Origin: an uncultured Fibrobacterota bacterium
GTDB taxonomy: Bacteria; Fibrobacterota; Chitinivibrionia; Chitinivibrionales; CAYFVL01
Assembly (NCBI GenBank): GCA_964419255.1
Contig: CAYQOU010000010.1
Span: forward strand, 10,032 to 74,031
Direction: 5' to 3'
Length of the DNA: 64,000 nt
Part shown: one piece after another, positions 28,361 through 37,780 of the stretch
How the letters are laid out: the number at the start of each line of letters is the position of its first letter
How positions within the stretch are numbered: the first letter of the stretch is position 1
Made by a program: the position numbers and the translations under genes
The notes under the pieces: model-generated
Seen by the model: the letters and a program-made list of their open reading frames with translations, nothing else
The model's database searches: none
What the model was told of the DNA's origin: nothing

Positions 28361-28927
28361 ATGAAAATTACCACCACTATTGTCTCTATTCTGTTGCTCT
28401 CGGGGATTTTGTCGAGCTGTACCACTGTCCTGAATGGACAGAAAAAAAAGTGCATCCCGCCGGAGTTTTCTCGACATAACTGGTCGGCAAGCGGATTCTG
28501 TGATGTTTGGAAGGGTAAAAGCCGGATACGAACACGGGCTCGAATCGAAATGAATGGTACGGAGATGAGTTTTGCCCTTCTGGATGAATTCGGGATGCCC
28601 CTGGCGGCGGTAAACGCCAGCCCTGAAGGATATTCAGTCCGGCGAGCTTTTCCCCCTCTGAACAAAAAAATAATCTTGCAAGCGGCTGAGGGATTATACG
28701 CATTCGGACTGATATCACTGTTGAGTAAACCTGTGTCCGCCAGGCCGGTTTCACCGTCAGTCGAATTGACCCGGAACAGTTGCTTCACCCTTTACAACTC
28801 TGATAAATTGGATTCGGCAAAAATCATGAGCCTCAGGCACAGCTCGAGTCTTTATAATTTGGATGCCGGGTGTATTCTAGTTAAAGGGAGTAGGGATACG
28901 GTATTTTCCTTTACTCCTTCCGATTAG
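28361..28927 (+). CDS. Small lipoprotein of unknown function, cluster gene H
   Basis: 188 aa. 'MKITTTIVSILLLSGILSSC' is a signal peptide with a lipobox Cys. Its 3' end overlaps the convergent lnt by 17 nt. Confidence 0.5.
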   Translation: MKITTTIVSILLLSGILSSCTTVLNGQKKKCIPPEFSRHNWSASGFCDVWKGKSRIRTRARIEMNGTEMSFALLDEFGMPLAAVNASPEGYSVRRAFPPLNKKIILQAAEGLYAFGLISLLSKPVSARPVSPSVELTRNSCFTLYNSDKLDSAKIMSLRHSSSLYNLDAGCILVKGSRDTVFSFTPSD

Positions 28928-30527
28928 CAGCTTTACCGACCGGGGGATTCGAAGAGAAACGCATGAAAAGTCGAATCGAAGTGGCCAGTAGTAAAAACAC
29001 CAGTGAAAGCCAGACAAGCCAATCACCATACCTGGTGTAGATAGTTTTTACCGATGAAAGTGGAACGGACACCACCAGTGAATCACGAGTAAACAAGCCG
29101 GTTCTTCCCAGTTCACGTCCAAACTGGTCTGCTGCAAGAGAAATGCCCGAATTGGCGCTTCTAACGAGGGATACACCGTTTTCTATGCTTCGCATACGAG
29201 CCATAATGGCATGCTGGTGAGGAGCCGTAGATCTCCCAAACCACCCATCATTAGTAATATTGACCAGCAAATTGGCCCCTTCTTGGACCCTTTTGCGAAC
29301 CAACGCAGGAAAAATCATCTCATAGCAGATAAAGGGAGCCGCCATTATATCCTTTCCGGCATTAAACACTACCGGCTCTGTCCCCCGTGAGAAATCGGCA
29401 CTGCCTATATTCAAACGACTCAGAATCGGAAACTGGCTCTTGAAAGGAATAGATTCGCTTCCGGGCACTAACTGCATCTTGTAATAAGGTATGAACCGGT
29501 CGGTCGCCCCTGCAATCATATAGGCCGTATTGAATACATCGTACTTTTTGGCGACATCTTCTGCGTACTCCCAGTGGAGAGAGCCTGTGATGATAGGAGT
29601 GCCCACCCTATCAGCCCAGGAAGCTACCCGATCGCGGATATGAGGACGTTTTAGCAAATAGCAGTATATTGCGCTTTCGGGGAGGACAATCAGGTCGAGT
29701 GAATCATCCCTTTGCTCTACAATCATCTTTTCCACGACATTCAGAGAACTATCCAGAGAGTTATTTCCCCAGTTAGTCTGATCCAGATTTATCTGGAGCA
29801 CCGAAACATTGATTCGATCGTTTTCCATCGGCTCAATTTTTATCATTCCCCAGAAATAGACACCCGCAAGAAAAGTGGCAAATACCGCAAGATGCAACCA
29901 TTTCTGCGCGATAACATTGCTTAGCCAGTAGCTGCGTAATAATTCGAAAATCAGTATGTTGCCCAAAACAATCAGAAAGGAGAGCAGATATACCCCTCCG
30001 ACAGAGCCAAGCTGCGCAAGAGGAGATATTGGCACAAACACATATCCAAGATTCATCCACGGAAAGGCAAGATCCCCGAGTGTACGAAAGTATTCGATGA
30101 GAATCCAGACGGAAGGAAACAGAAGCAAATACAGCCGGGGAAACGATTTGTAAACGAGCCGGAACAACATTCCTATTCCCAGATAATACAATGCCACAAC
30201 GGCTGTTGTAAATGCCAGCCCAAGAAGAATAAGATGCTTGAGTCCCTCCACCCCTACATTGCTGATCCAGTAAAACTGACTCAGTGATGCTGATATGCCG
30301 AAAAGGTATACATGTAAAACCGCCCTTTTTGCAGGTTTCTGCAGGGCAAAAATCATCATCGGAACAAGCAAAATGAAAGAAAGCAGGGGAAACCCCGCAA
30401 ATAGCCAGTGGGTTTCGTGATTGAATGGGGGCAAAGAGACAGCAAAAAGTAAACCGGATAGAAGCGGTACATACCAGCGGTTGGATTGTTTATACCAGCT
30501 ATATAGTAGATTAATCAGTTTTTTCAT
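28911..30527 (-). CDS. lnt: Apolipoprotein N-acyltransferase
   Basis: Multi-TM N-terminal half plus a CN-hydrolase domain: 'LIVLPESAI', 'YYKMQLVP', 'APFICYEMIFPALVR' (Cys), 'LVNITNDGWFG'. The start could be 30569. Confidence 0.85.
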   Translation of the reverse strand: MKKLINLLYSWYKQSNRWYVPLLSGLLFAVSLPPFNHETHWLFAGFPLLSFILLVPMMIFALQKPAKRAVLHVYLFGISASLSQFYWISNVGVEGLKHLILLGLAFTTAVVALYYLGIGMLFRLVYKSFPRLYLLLFPSVWILIEYFRTLGDLAFPWMNLGYVFVPISPLAQLGSVGGVYLLSFLIVLGNILIFELLRSYWLSNVIAQKWLHLAVFATFLAGVYFWGMIKIEPMENDRINVSVLQINLDQTNWGNNSLDSSLNVVEKMIVEQRDDSLDLIVLPESAIYCYLLKRPHIRDRVASWADRVGTPIITGSLHWEYAEDVAKKYDVFNTAYMIAGATDRFIPYYKMQLVPGSESIPFKSQFPILSRLNIGSADFSRGTEPVVFNAGKDIMAAPFICYEMIFPALVRKRVQEGANLLVNITNDGWFGRSTAPHQHAIMARMRSIENGVSLVRSANSGISLAADQFGRELGRTGLFTRDSLVVSVPLSSVKTIYTRYGDWLVWLSLVFLLLATSIRLFMRFSSNPPVGKAANRKE

Positions 30528-30615
30528 AAGCAATGAGAAAATAGTTTGCGCAAAAATGGAGGACCTCATTCATTACGAATTAAAGGAAAAAAAGTGCTCT
30601 GGGAAAAAGATTAAT

Positions 30616-30767
30616 GCCTGAATTGAGCGGTTCTGATTGATTCGCAATAGAATTGAAGGTTGGATGGTTGAAGCAATCTTGAAAATACCCCCTCGGTGCT
30701 ATTTCCAGGATTGCTCAAGCCCTTATACTTCCGAGGGACAGGGGGCGCTGCGAGAATAACTTAATTC
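30616..30767 (+). repeat. Intergenic repeat element, copy B
   Basis: 'gcctgaattgagcggttc...ccaggattgctcaagccc...gcgagaataacttaattc'. Confidence 0.75.
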
Positions 30768-30790
30768 ATGTTTAAAGAAAAAAAAGGGAT

Positions 30791-31051
30791 TCAGATACGC
30801 TGGTCGAATGCTTTTGCAAATGAATCACTCAAGTCGTCCAGCACTTCTTTTGATTGATAATAGCCACTGCTAATCCGCTTTTTTACAACATCCAGCAACC
30901 TGCCTCTATCTGTCTTGGATGCACCGGATGGCTGACAGCTATCTATCTGAGGTGGTTGCTTTCTTGTACGTGGGGCAGCTTTTTGTTTCCGACCTGCACG
31001 GCCGATATCCGGTCTATACATATTACCGCCGCTAACAGGATTGATATTCAT
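30791..31051 (-). CDS. Possible anti-sigma-28 factor FlgM-like protein
   Basis: 86 aa from Met50 of the listed ORF. The N-terminus is basic and looks disordered. C-terminal 'RLLDVVKKRISSGYYQSKEVLDDLSDSF' resembles the FlgM C-terminal helix region. Confidence 0.4.
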   Translation of the reverse strand: MNINPVSGGNMYRPDIGRAGRKQKAAPRTRKQPPQIDSCQPSGASKTDRGRLLDVVKKRISSGYYQSKEVLDDLSDSFAKAFDQRI

Positions 31052-31382
31052 GAAAAAAGCCCTCAAGTTTCCCGACCTCTGTACCGATAAAACCAATACG
31101 TATGTGAGAAGTGTGCCATTTCTTGCTATTTTCTTTAAAGACAAAGATTTGCCGATCTTTGTCTTTTTTCGTGCCACTTCAGGCAGACTAACACACACCC
31201 TCTCCTAATTAATATATCGGCAGTTCACGCATAAACTTTAATCAAAAATTCAACTGTTTTTTTTAAGCACGGACAGAGACTATAAGCTGCCGAAAACCGA
31301 ATTTTGTTAATCAACCTTTTTTATCAGGCAGGCATGTTTTATTATTATGCTGAAATATTTTGTCTTCATAATGGAGGGTCAC

Positions 31383-31607
31383 ATGAAAGAAAAAGTACAA
31401 GCGGTAATAAATGAGATTCGTCCCAATCTTCAAGCGGATGGCGGAGATATTGAGCTGGTTGACATCACCAGTGACAATGTTGTACACGTACGCCTCCAGG
31501 GTGCCTGTCGGGGATGTCCGGGAGCGGCTATGACATTGAAAATGGGTGTTGAGCGCATTCTAAAGCAGCGCATACCCGAAGTATCCGGAGTTGAGAGCGT
31601 TGGCTGA
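31383..31607 (+). CDS. NifU C-terminal-domain (Nfu-type) Fe-S cluster carrier
   Basis: 74 aa. 'IRPNLQADGGDIELVDI...VHVRLQGACRGCPGAAMTLK' carries the CxxC motif. GGAGGG RBS. Confidence 0.8.
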   Translation: MKEKVQAVINEIRPNLQADGGDIELVDITSDNVVHVRLQGACRGCPGAAMTLKMGVERILKQRIPEVSGVESVG

Positions 31608-31662
31608 TGCGACGCTGTCAGGGGGAGCCGATAAAGGCTCCTCCGCACATTACAAGGAGTCC

Positions 31663-32424
31663 ATGTGGCGTTCTGCATGGACCAAGGCTACGTTTCTTTC
31701 GTTCTGCTGGATAAGTTATCTACTCTGCCTGGGATTGGGTGGCGGGATATATTATTTGATCCATCCACGCCTGGTACAGATTACTCCCCTTCTGGACTGG
31801 ACGATTCTGATTGCTTTCGGAACTTTTTTCCTGATATTAGGCGGTGGGCTGCTACTCCTGACCATCACCGCACTTACCGGTATAGACCTGCTCTATCCAC
31901 ACAATAAAAAGTCCGTCACGGTAAATCTTCTGTTTCCTATTGCAATCGCTTTGGGGAGATTGGTAGGAGTTCGCCGGGATAAGCTCAGGACATCTTTTGT
32001 GAAAGTAAATAACGCCCTTACCAAGGCTCAGCACAAAAGGATAAAAGGCGATCGAATCCTCATCTTACTTCCTCACTGCCTTCAGATAGATGTGTGTAAC
32101 CGCAAGATTACAAACAAGATCTCAAATTGTGTACAGTGCGGAAGATGTCCCGTTGGAGATCTGGTGGGCCTGGGGAAAAAGTATAACCTTCATCTCGAGG
32201 TCGTAAATGGAGGGACGCTTGCACGCAAAAGAGTAGCGCAATTCCGCCCGCATGGCATTGTTGCGGTAGCATGTGAAAGAGATCTGACCCTGGGTATACA
32301 GGACGTGCATCCCATTCCGGTGTACGGTGTCATAAACGACAGGCCGTATGGGCCATGTGTCAACACACGCGTCGATATGAATCTGGTAGAAGAAGCCGTG
32401 CGGTTTTTCCGAAAGGATATCTGA
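31663..32424 (+). CDS. DUF116-family membrane protein (Cys-rich)
   Basis: N-terminal TM helices, then 'ILILLPHCLQIDVCNRKITNKISNCVQCGRCPVGDL...GIVAVACERDL', which I recognise as DUF116. AAGGAG RBS. Confidence 0.65.
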   Translation: MWRSAWTKATFLSFCWISYLLCLGLGGGIYYLIHPRLVQITPLLDWTILIAFGTFFLILGGGLLLLTITALTGIDLLYPHNKKSVTVNLLFPIAIALGRLVGVRRDKLRTSFVKVNNALTKAQHKRIKGDRILILLPHCLQIDVCNRKITNKISNCVQCGRCPVGDLVGLGKKYNLHLEVVNGGTLARKRVAQFRPHGIVAVACERDLTLGIQDVHPIPVYGVINDRPYGPCVNTRVDMNLVEEAVRFFRKDI

Positions 32425-32518
32425 TACATGAATTGTGCGGCTCAGAGTAGGATGAGTCGCGCATTCCCTTCAAACGGCATCACCGCCGGAGAATCGCTCA
32501 ATTCTGCCGGAGAATCTC

Positions 32519-34204
32519 TCAGTTCTGTTGATATTCCTCCTGGTTTATTATCTGATACGAATAGCCTTGTTCAGTCAGGAACAGCTGTCGTTTCATAGCG
32601 AAATCCAGCTCCTTTGATTCACGCGTGACTATCGAATAGAAGGTCGCCTGTTGTTCGCCTTCTTTGGGGCGCAATATTCTGCCCAATCTCTGCGCCTCTT
32701 CCTGCCTCGATCCGTATGAACCGCTGATCTGAACGGCAACATTGGCTTCCGGCAGGTCGATAGCAAAATTACCAACCTTCGACAGTATGAGTACTTTTAA
32801 TTCACCGGTTCGAAACTGCTGATACAGCTTGTCACGTTCATCATTAGGGGTAGAGCCGGTGATCATCGGTACACCGAACTGTTTCGAAAAAGCTTTTAGC
32901 TGAGATATATATAATCCAATAATCAGAATACGGTCATCCGTATGCCTGTTTAAGATTTCCCGGGCGACCTGCATTTTCACAGGATTTTCATATGCCAGTC
33001 GGATCTGCTGTTTAGGAGGGAGCGAAAGGTATTGCATCTTTTCGGAATGCGGCAAGTCGATACGGATCTCAATACATTTAGCTTCAGCAATCCAGCCCTG
33101 TTTCTCCAGCTCCTTCCATGGTACATCGAATTTTTTGGGACCAATCAGGGTAAAAACATCATCTTCATGCCCGTCCTCACGAACAAGTGTTGCCGTCAAT
33201 CCTAAACGACGCCGGGCTTGAAGATTGGCCGTGAATTTAAACACCGGCGCCGGGAGAAGATGTACCTCATCATAGATGATTAATCCCCAGTTTTCTTTGT
33301 TGAAAATCGAGTAGTGCTCAAAAGAGTCGGTTTTCCTTCGTCTGTATGTTAAAATTTGATAGGTAGCGATTGTCAGAGGCTTAATTTCTTTTTTTTCCCC
33401 GCTGTACTCGCCGATATCTTCCGGATTGATGTCTGTTTTCTCGACGATTTCCCTGCTCCACTGACGGGCGGCCGTTATATTGGTTACAAGTATCAGGGTT
33501 CGTCGTTTCAACAGACTCATAACCCCCATGCCGACGACTGTTTTGCCGGCGCCACAGGGCAGAACGACAACCCCGGAGCCTCCGGGACTGGTGGAATCAC
33601 CGACGAAAGCGTCGGCAGCCTGACGCTGATAGTTGCGCAGAGAAAATTCCTTTTCACCCCTGATAGTGTGCCGAAGATTTATTTCGAATGGAGCCCCATC
33701 CACATATCCAGCCTTATCATTTGCGGGATAGCCGATACCGATCAAAGCCTGCTTCAGAAGCCCCCGATAATCATCGGAAACGCTAATGCTGTGGGCATCT
33801 ATCGGTGGGCCAATCAGAGGACGAAGTGTGGGGTGACGGGAGAGATTTTCCAGCAGTGCGGCATCTTTGCTGTGCAACACCAACCTGCCATCTCTTTTCT
33901 CCAAAACAAGCTTTCCGAACCGCCCCATAAACTCATACACCTCCTGGGTGACATTCTGAGGGACGGGATACTTGGAGAAATGCTCAAGGCGGCTGATCGC
34001 CTCATCGGGCGAGAGTCCAAGTGCGGCCGCATTCCACAGAGAAAGCGGCGTAATCACATAGGTATGCATGTACTCGGGACTCTTCTCCAGGTGTGCAAAA
34101 ACACTGATGGCGTCCCGTGCATCGACAAACAAAGAATTGTTCACCTCAAGCAATAGAGTTCGATCACTTTGAACAATCAAGGGATTCTGTGGATTCATAG
34201 ACAC
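32519..34204 (-). CDS. XPB/Rad25/Ssl2-type SF2 DNA helicase
   Basis: 561 aa. 'VVVLPCGAGKTVVG' (motif I), 'LIIYDEVHLLPA' (II), 'RLGLTATLVRED' (III), 'QRLGRILR' (VI). The N-terminal damage-recognition-like domain resembles XPB. Confidence 0.8.
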   Translation of the reverse strand: MSMNPQNPLIVQSDRTLLLEVNNSLFVDARDAISVFAHLEKSPEYMHTYVITPLSLWNAAALGLSPDEAISRLEHFSKYPVPQNVTQEVYEFMGRFGKLVLEKRDGRLVLHSKDAALLENLSRHPTLRPLIGPPIDAHSISVSDDYRGLLKQALIGIGYPANDKAGYVDGAPFEINLRHTIRGEKEFSLRNYQRQAADAFVGDSTSPGGSGVVVLPCGAGKTVVGMGVMSLLKRRTLILVTNITAARQWSREIVEKTDINPEDIGEYSGEKKEIKPLTIATYQILTYRRRKTDSFEHYSIFNKENWGLIIYDEVHLLPAPVFKFTANLQARRRLGLTATLVREDGHEDDVFTLIGPKKFDVPWKELEKQGWIAEAKCIEIRIDLPHSEKMQYLSLPPKQQIRLAYENPVKMQVAREILNRHTDDRILIIGLYISQLKAFSKQFGVPMITGSTPNDERDKLYQQFRTGELKVLILSKVGNFAIDLPEANVAVQISGSYGSRQEEAQRLGRILRPKEGEQQATFYSIVTRESKELDFAMKRQLFLTEQGYSYQIINQEEYQQN

Positions 34205-34348
34205 TTAAAAATGGAAGCAATGGTTAAATTCATCAAAACTATCTAAAATACGAACTGTGTGCTCGTGAAAGTGCACAAAATAGTTTCTGCGGCATTGACT
34301 CGCAGACAGGCTTGACGTACTTTCTTATGGTGCCGAATCATGACGCAT

Positions 34349-34382
34349 CCACTCGTCCGATTAAATGGAGAGTGGTTTTTTT
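34349..34382 (+). terminator. Orphan Rho-independent terminator on the plus strand
   Basis: Stem CCACTC/GAGTGG (34349-54 / 34370-75) plus inner TCC/GGA, followed by TTTTTTT (34376-82). There is no plus-strand gene upstream, since XPB is divergent. purA starts 260 nt downstream. Confidence 0.6.
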
Positions 34383-34641
34383 CGTTTATATGGGCAACGA
34401 CAAAAACAAAAGACGGCTCTTTTGATTCAGGCAGAAACTCATGATTCCGAGATACATACAACCGATTCGACTATTCCTCGTGATAGGACCCGTCTTCGAA
34501 ATCCTGCCCCGATTAACAAACCGGGACTATCCATTAAGGAACTTTGATTTGCGAATTGCAAAAAAAACGTTCTTCACGAATATAGTGATCAGCGTAAAAC
34601 ATATTTAACTGTTTCCGGCACGGCCGGTTTAGGAGATTTAC

Positions 34642-35934
34642 ATGGCTAACACGGTCATCGTTGGTGCCCAGTGGGGTGATGAAGGAAAAGCCAAAGCGAT
34701 TGATTACCTGACCGAACGGTCTGATATGATAATTCGCTATCAGGGAGGGGCAAATGCAGGCCATACGGTCATTGTAGACGGTCAGAAATTTGTCTTCCAT
34801 CTGGTCCCTTCCGGTATTATGTATCCGAATAAGCTATGCGTCGTCGGAAACGGCGTTGTCTTTGATGCTGAGCAGTTTCTCGAAGAAGTAGAGGAGCTTC
34901 AAAGTCGCAGCATTTCGGTGACCGATCGTCTTTTTATATCCGATCTTGCCCACCTGGTACTTCCTTATCATAAGGCGCTGGATGCAGCTGTCGAATCACA
35001 GATGGGCGGCGACAAAATTGGTACGACAGGGCGGGGCATTGGTCCGGCATACGCAGATAAGGTTTCACGCGTGGGAATCAGGGTAGGTGATCTTCTTAAC
35101 TGGGATTCATTTACCTCAAAACTCGAATCAAATTTTTTACAAAAAAAGTTTATCATCGAAAATCTATATAAATGCGATTTTAAACTGCAGCTACAGCAAA
35201 TAATCGAGCACTACAGAGAAATCAGAACACGGCTGGAACCGTTCATAAAGGATACCGGCAGACTGATCTTCGAAAAAGCGCGGACCGGCAGTAAACTGCT
35301 TTTCGAAGGTGCTCAGGGAACTTTCCTGGATATTGATCATGGAACCTATCCATTCGTCACCTCATCCAATACCGTTTCCGGCTCAGCGTGTGCAGGATCC
35401 GGGTTTGGCCCCACAATACTGAATCATGTGATTGGTATCGTAAAGACCTATACAACGAGAGTCGGTAACGGACCGTTTCCAACGGAATTGGACGATGAGA
35501 TCGGAGAACATATCGCCAGAGAAGGTCATGAGTTTGGTTCAACTACCGGGCGTCCTCGCAGATGCGGATGGTTTGATAGTGTTATGCTGCGCAAGGCGAT
35601 TCAGTTAAATGGTATGACGCGAATCGTTTTGACCAAGCTCGACGTCCTGAACTCACTCGATGAGATAAAGATCTGTACTCACTACGAAATTATGGGTAAA
35701 CGTTACGATCAGTATCCATCTATGACTCATCAGCTCGATCATGTGAAACCTGTGTATGAGATTATGCCTGGCTGGAAAACAGACATTTCGGAATGCAAAA
35801 AGATGTCGGATCTGCCCAAAAACGCGATAAACTATATAAATAGACTCAGGCAAGTCTGCTATGATATACCGATTCTTATGATTTCGGTTGGAGCTGATCG
35901 CAATCAGACTATTGAAGTCGAGCCGATTTATTAG
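34642..35934 (+). CDS. purA: Adenylosuccinate synthetase
   Basis: 430 aa. 'GAQWGDEGKAK', 'GGANAGHT', 'TTGRGIGPAY', 'GTTGRPRRCGW'. Confidence 0.95.
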   Translation: MANTVIVGAQWGDEGKAKAIDYLTERSDMIIRYQGGANAGHTVIVDGQKFVFHLVPSGIMYPNKLCVVGNGVVFDAEQFLEEVEELQSRSISVTDRLFISDLAHLVLPYHKALDAAVESQMGGDKIGTTGRGIGPAYADKVSRVGIRVGDLLNWDSFTSKLESNFLQKKFIIENLYKCDFKLQLQQIIEHYREIRTRLEPFIKDTGRLIFEKARTGSKLLFEGAQGTFLDIDHGTYPFVTSSNTVSGSACAGSGFGPTILNHVIGIVKTYTTRVGNGPFPTELDDEIGEHIAREGHEFGSTTGRPRRCGWFDSVMLRKAIQLNGMTRIVLTKLDVLNSLDEIKICTHYEIMGKRYDQYPSMTHQLDHVKPVYEIMPGWKTDISECKKMSDLPKNAINYINRLRQVCYDIPILMISVGADRNQTIEVEPIY

Positions 35935-36111
35935 AAAATGAGCGGTTTAGCTGATTTCCGGTAATGTGCTTATGCTGCAAGATCCGGGTATTATTGGCTA
36001 TAATCATCGGAAACGAGGGCATCCTGCAGCATAATACAGGTAATTCGTACGTATATTTCATACAGCGGGTTACCAATTGTATTTTTATAACGGAGAGGAA
36101 ATTTCATATTT

Positions 36112-36705
36112 ATGATTCCTGCAGAAGTAATTAACGTCGTACTTTCAGACCAGGGATTTCTTATTCTGCTCAAAAGCACCGAAGACAATCGGGTGTTGCC
36201 GATCTCAATCGGAAAAGAGGAAGCTCGTTCCATTTTGATTGCATTAAGCAACACGCAACCGCCCAGACCACTCACACACGATTTAATGAAAACGGTATTC
36301 GATGAGATATCATGTACGATAGAGAGAATCGAGGTGTGTGATTTAAGAGATGAAACTTTTTACGGAAAACTTATTCTCAACAATAACGGGGTTCCTTTAG
36401 AGATAGATTCCCGCCCCTCCGATGCAATTGCCCTTGCCGTTCGTGCGCAAACACCGATCTTTGTTGCAAACCATGTGTTTGAGGAAGCCGGGGTGATCCT
36501 TAAAGAAGAAGATTCTGAGCAGATTGCAGCCGACCAGCAACAACACGTGGAGGAGACAGAAACTCCCCAACACGGCCAATCGGATGCAGAAATGAGCAGC
36601 GTGGATATGCTCAAGAAAAAATTACGACATGCAATCGAGAATGAAGAATATGAGGAAGCAGCCAGGATCCGGGACCAGATACATAAAATAACTTCATCGA
36701 ACTGA
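36112..36705 (+). CDS. Bifunctional nuclease (BFN/DUF151) with C-terminal UVR motif
   Basis: 'VLPISIGKEEARSILIAL...RPLTHDLM...RPSDAIALAVR', then 'LKKKLRHAIENEEYEEAARIRDQI'. Confidence 0.8.
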   Translation: MIPAEVINVVLSDQGFLILLKSTEDNRVLPISIGKEEARSILIALSNTQPPRPLTHDLMKTVFDEISCTIERIEVCDLRDETFYGKLILNNNGVPLEIDSRPSDAIALAVRAQTPIFVANHVFEEAGVILKEEDSEQIAADQQQHVEETETPQHGQSDAEMSSVDMLKKKLRHAIENEEYEEAARIRDQIHKITSSN

Positions 36706-36742
36706 TCATTTTTTACTCCACGTAAGCCGGAAGAGAAGCCTT

Positions 36743-37390
36743 ATGCATTCATCAAAGCCCTACATTATGTCTGCAGGATTTATTATGCTTATAGTAGCCT
36801 TTACTGCCTGTAGTTATGCGATGACAGCAGGTGATCGAGAAAAGTATGAGGCAAAAGGGCTGTCGCAGGTAGAATGGCAGATGATTCAAGACGCTCAGAT
36901 GCCTGAAGAAAAAGTAGATGAACTACTCAAAGCCGGTATCTCGATCTCCGAATATTTCGATTACCCCTGGCTTGCGCTGAGGATATCCGAACGGGAGTAC
37001 ATAAAAAAACGCAAAGCCGGAATGCTGGATGCGGATATAGAAGCTTACAGTAATAAGATGAAGGTAAGTGACTTGGCTGTTATTCAGAATTTTTTTCTGC
37101 CGGGTTTTTACCAGTTCAAACGAAATCAAAAGCTGAAGGCCTTCACAATGAGTGGTCTCACCGTGGGCTTTTTAGGTCTGACAGCGATTCTATCCGTAAA
37201 AAAGGACGGATTCATGCCGGAGCCACTCTTTCTTATGATTCCCGTTATGTTGTGGAGCAGTATCGATATCGGTCTTCAGATACGAAAAGTGCGTAATCCG
37301 GATGCCACACGGTTCAGCAATAGCAGTTTGAAAGATAATACGATAGAGTTTGTTTTTTCAGCACCAATTTATCCTGTAAATGAGAAATGA
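36743..37390 (+). CDS. Hypothetical membrane/lipoprotein
   Basis: 215 aa with an N-terminal hydrophobic segment ending '...FTAC' and two further TM segments. I recognise no family. Its stop overlaps the panD start. Confidence 0.4.
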   Translation: MHSSKPYIMSAGFIMLIVAFTACSYAMTAGDREKYEAKGLSQVEWQMIQDAQMPEEKVDELLKAGISISEYFDYPWLALRISEREYIKKRKAGMLDADIEAYSNKMKVSDLAVIQNFFLPGFYQFKRNQKLKAFTMSGLTVGFLGLTAILSVKKDGFMPEPLFLMIPVMLWSSIDIGLQIRKVRNPDATRFSNSSLKDNTIEFVFSAPIYPVNEK

Positions 37391-37737
37391 GAAACATGTT
37401 ACGACGTTTTCTGGGAGCAAAGATTCGTGATATTCGCATAACCGGAACCTACCTGGATTATGAAGGAAGTATTACGCTTGATGAAGAATACCTTCAAGCA
37501 TCAGGTATTCTTCCCAATGAAGAGGTTTATATTCTCAATCAAGAGAATGGGCACCGTTTTACCACTTATGTAATAAAGGGAGAGAAGGGTTCCGGCAAAG
37601 TAGAGATAAATGGTCCGGCAGCACGCCTTGGTATGGTAGGAGACCGGATAATGGTCCTCAGCTACGTTCTGCTTAGCCCCGATCAGATTGCAGATCACGA
37701 GCCGGTGATCGTGAGCGTGAACTCAACTGATCATTAG
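37387..37737 (+). CDS. panD: Aspartate 1-decarboxylase proenzyme
   Basis: 'MLRRFLGAKIRDIRITGTYLDYEGSITLD' contains the Gly-Ser self-cleavage site, and 'INGPAARLGMVGDRIMVLSY' follows. Confidence 0.9.
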   Translation: MRNMLRRFLGAKIRDIRITGTYLDYEGSITLDEEYLQASGILPNEEVYILNQENGHRFTTYVIKGEKGSGKVEINGPAARLGMVGDRIMVLSYVLLSPDQIADHEPVIVSVNSTDH

Positions 37738-37780
37738 TTCTGATAACTGTTTTTTTCTTCAGGGATAACAATACTGCTTT

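Noticed and set aside
33356-34156. 266-aa plus-strand ORF inside the XPB helicase gene
   Set aside because: It is antisense to a frame containing helicase motifs I, II, III and VI. The translation is Gly/Pro/Arg-rich noise.
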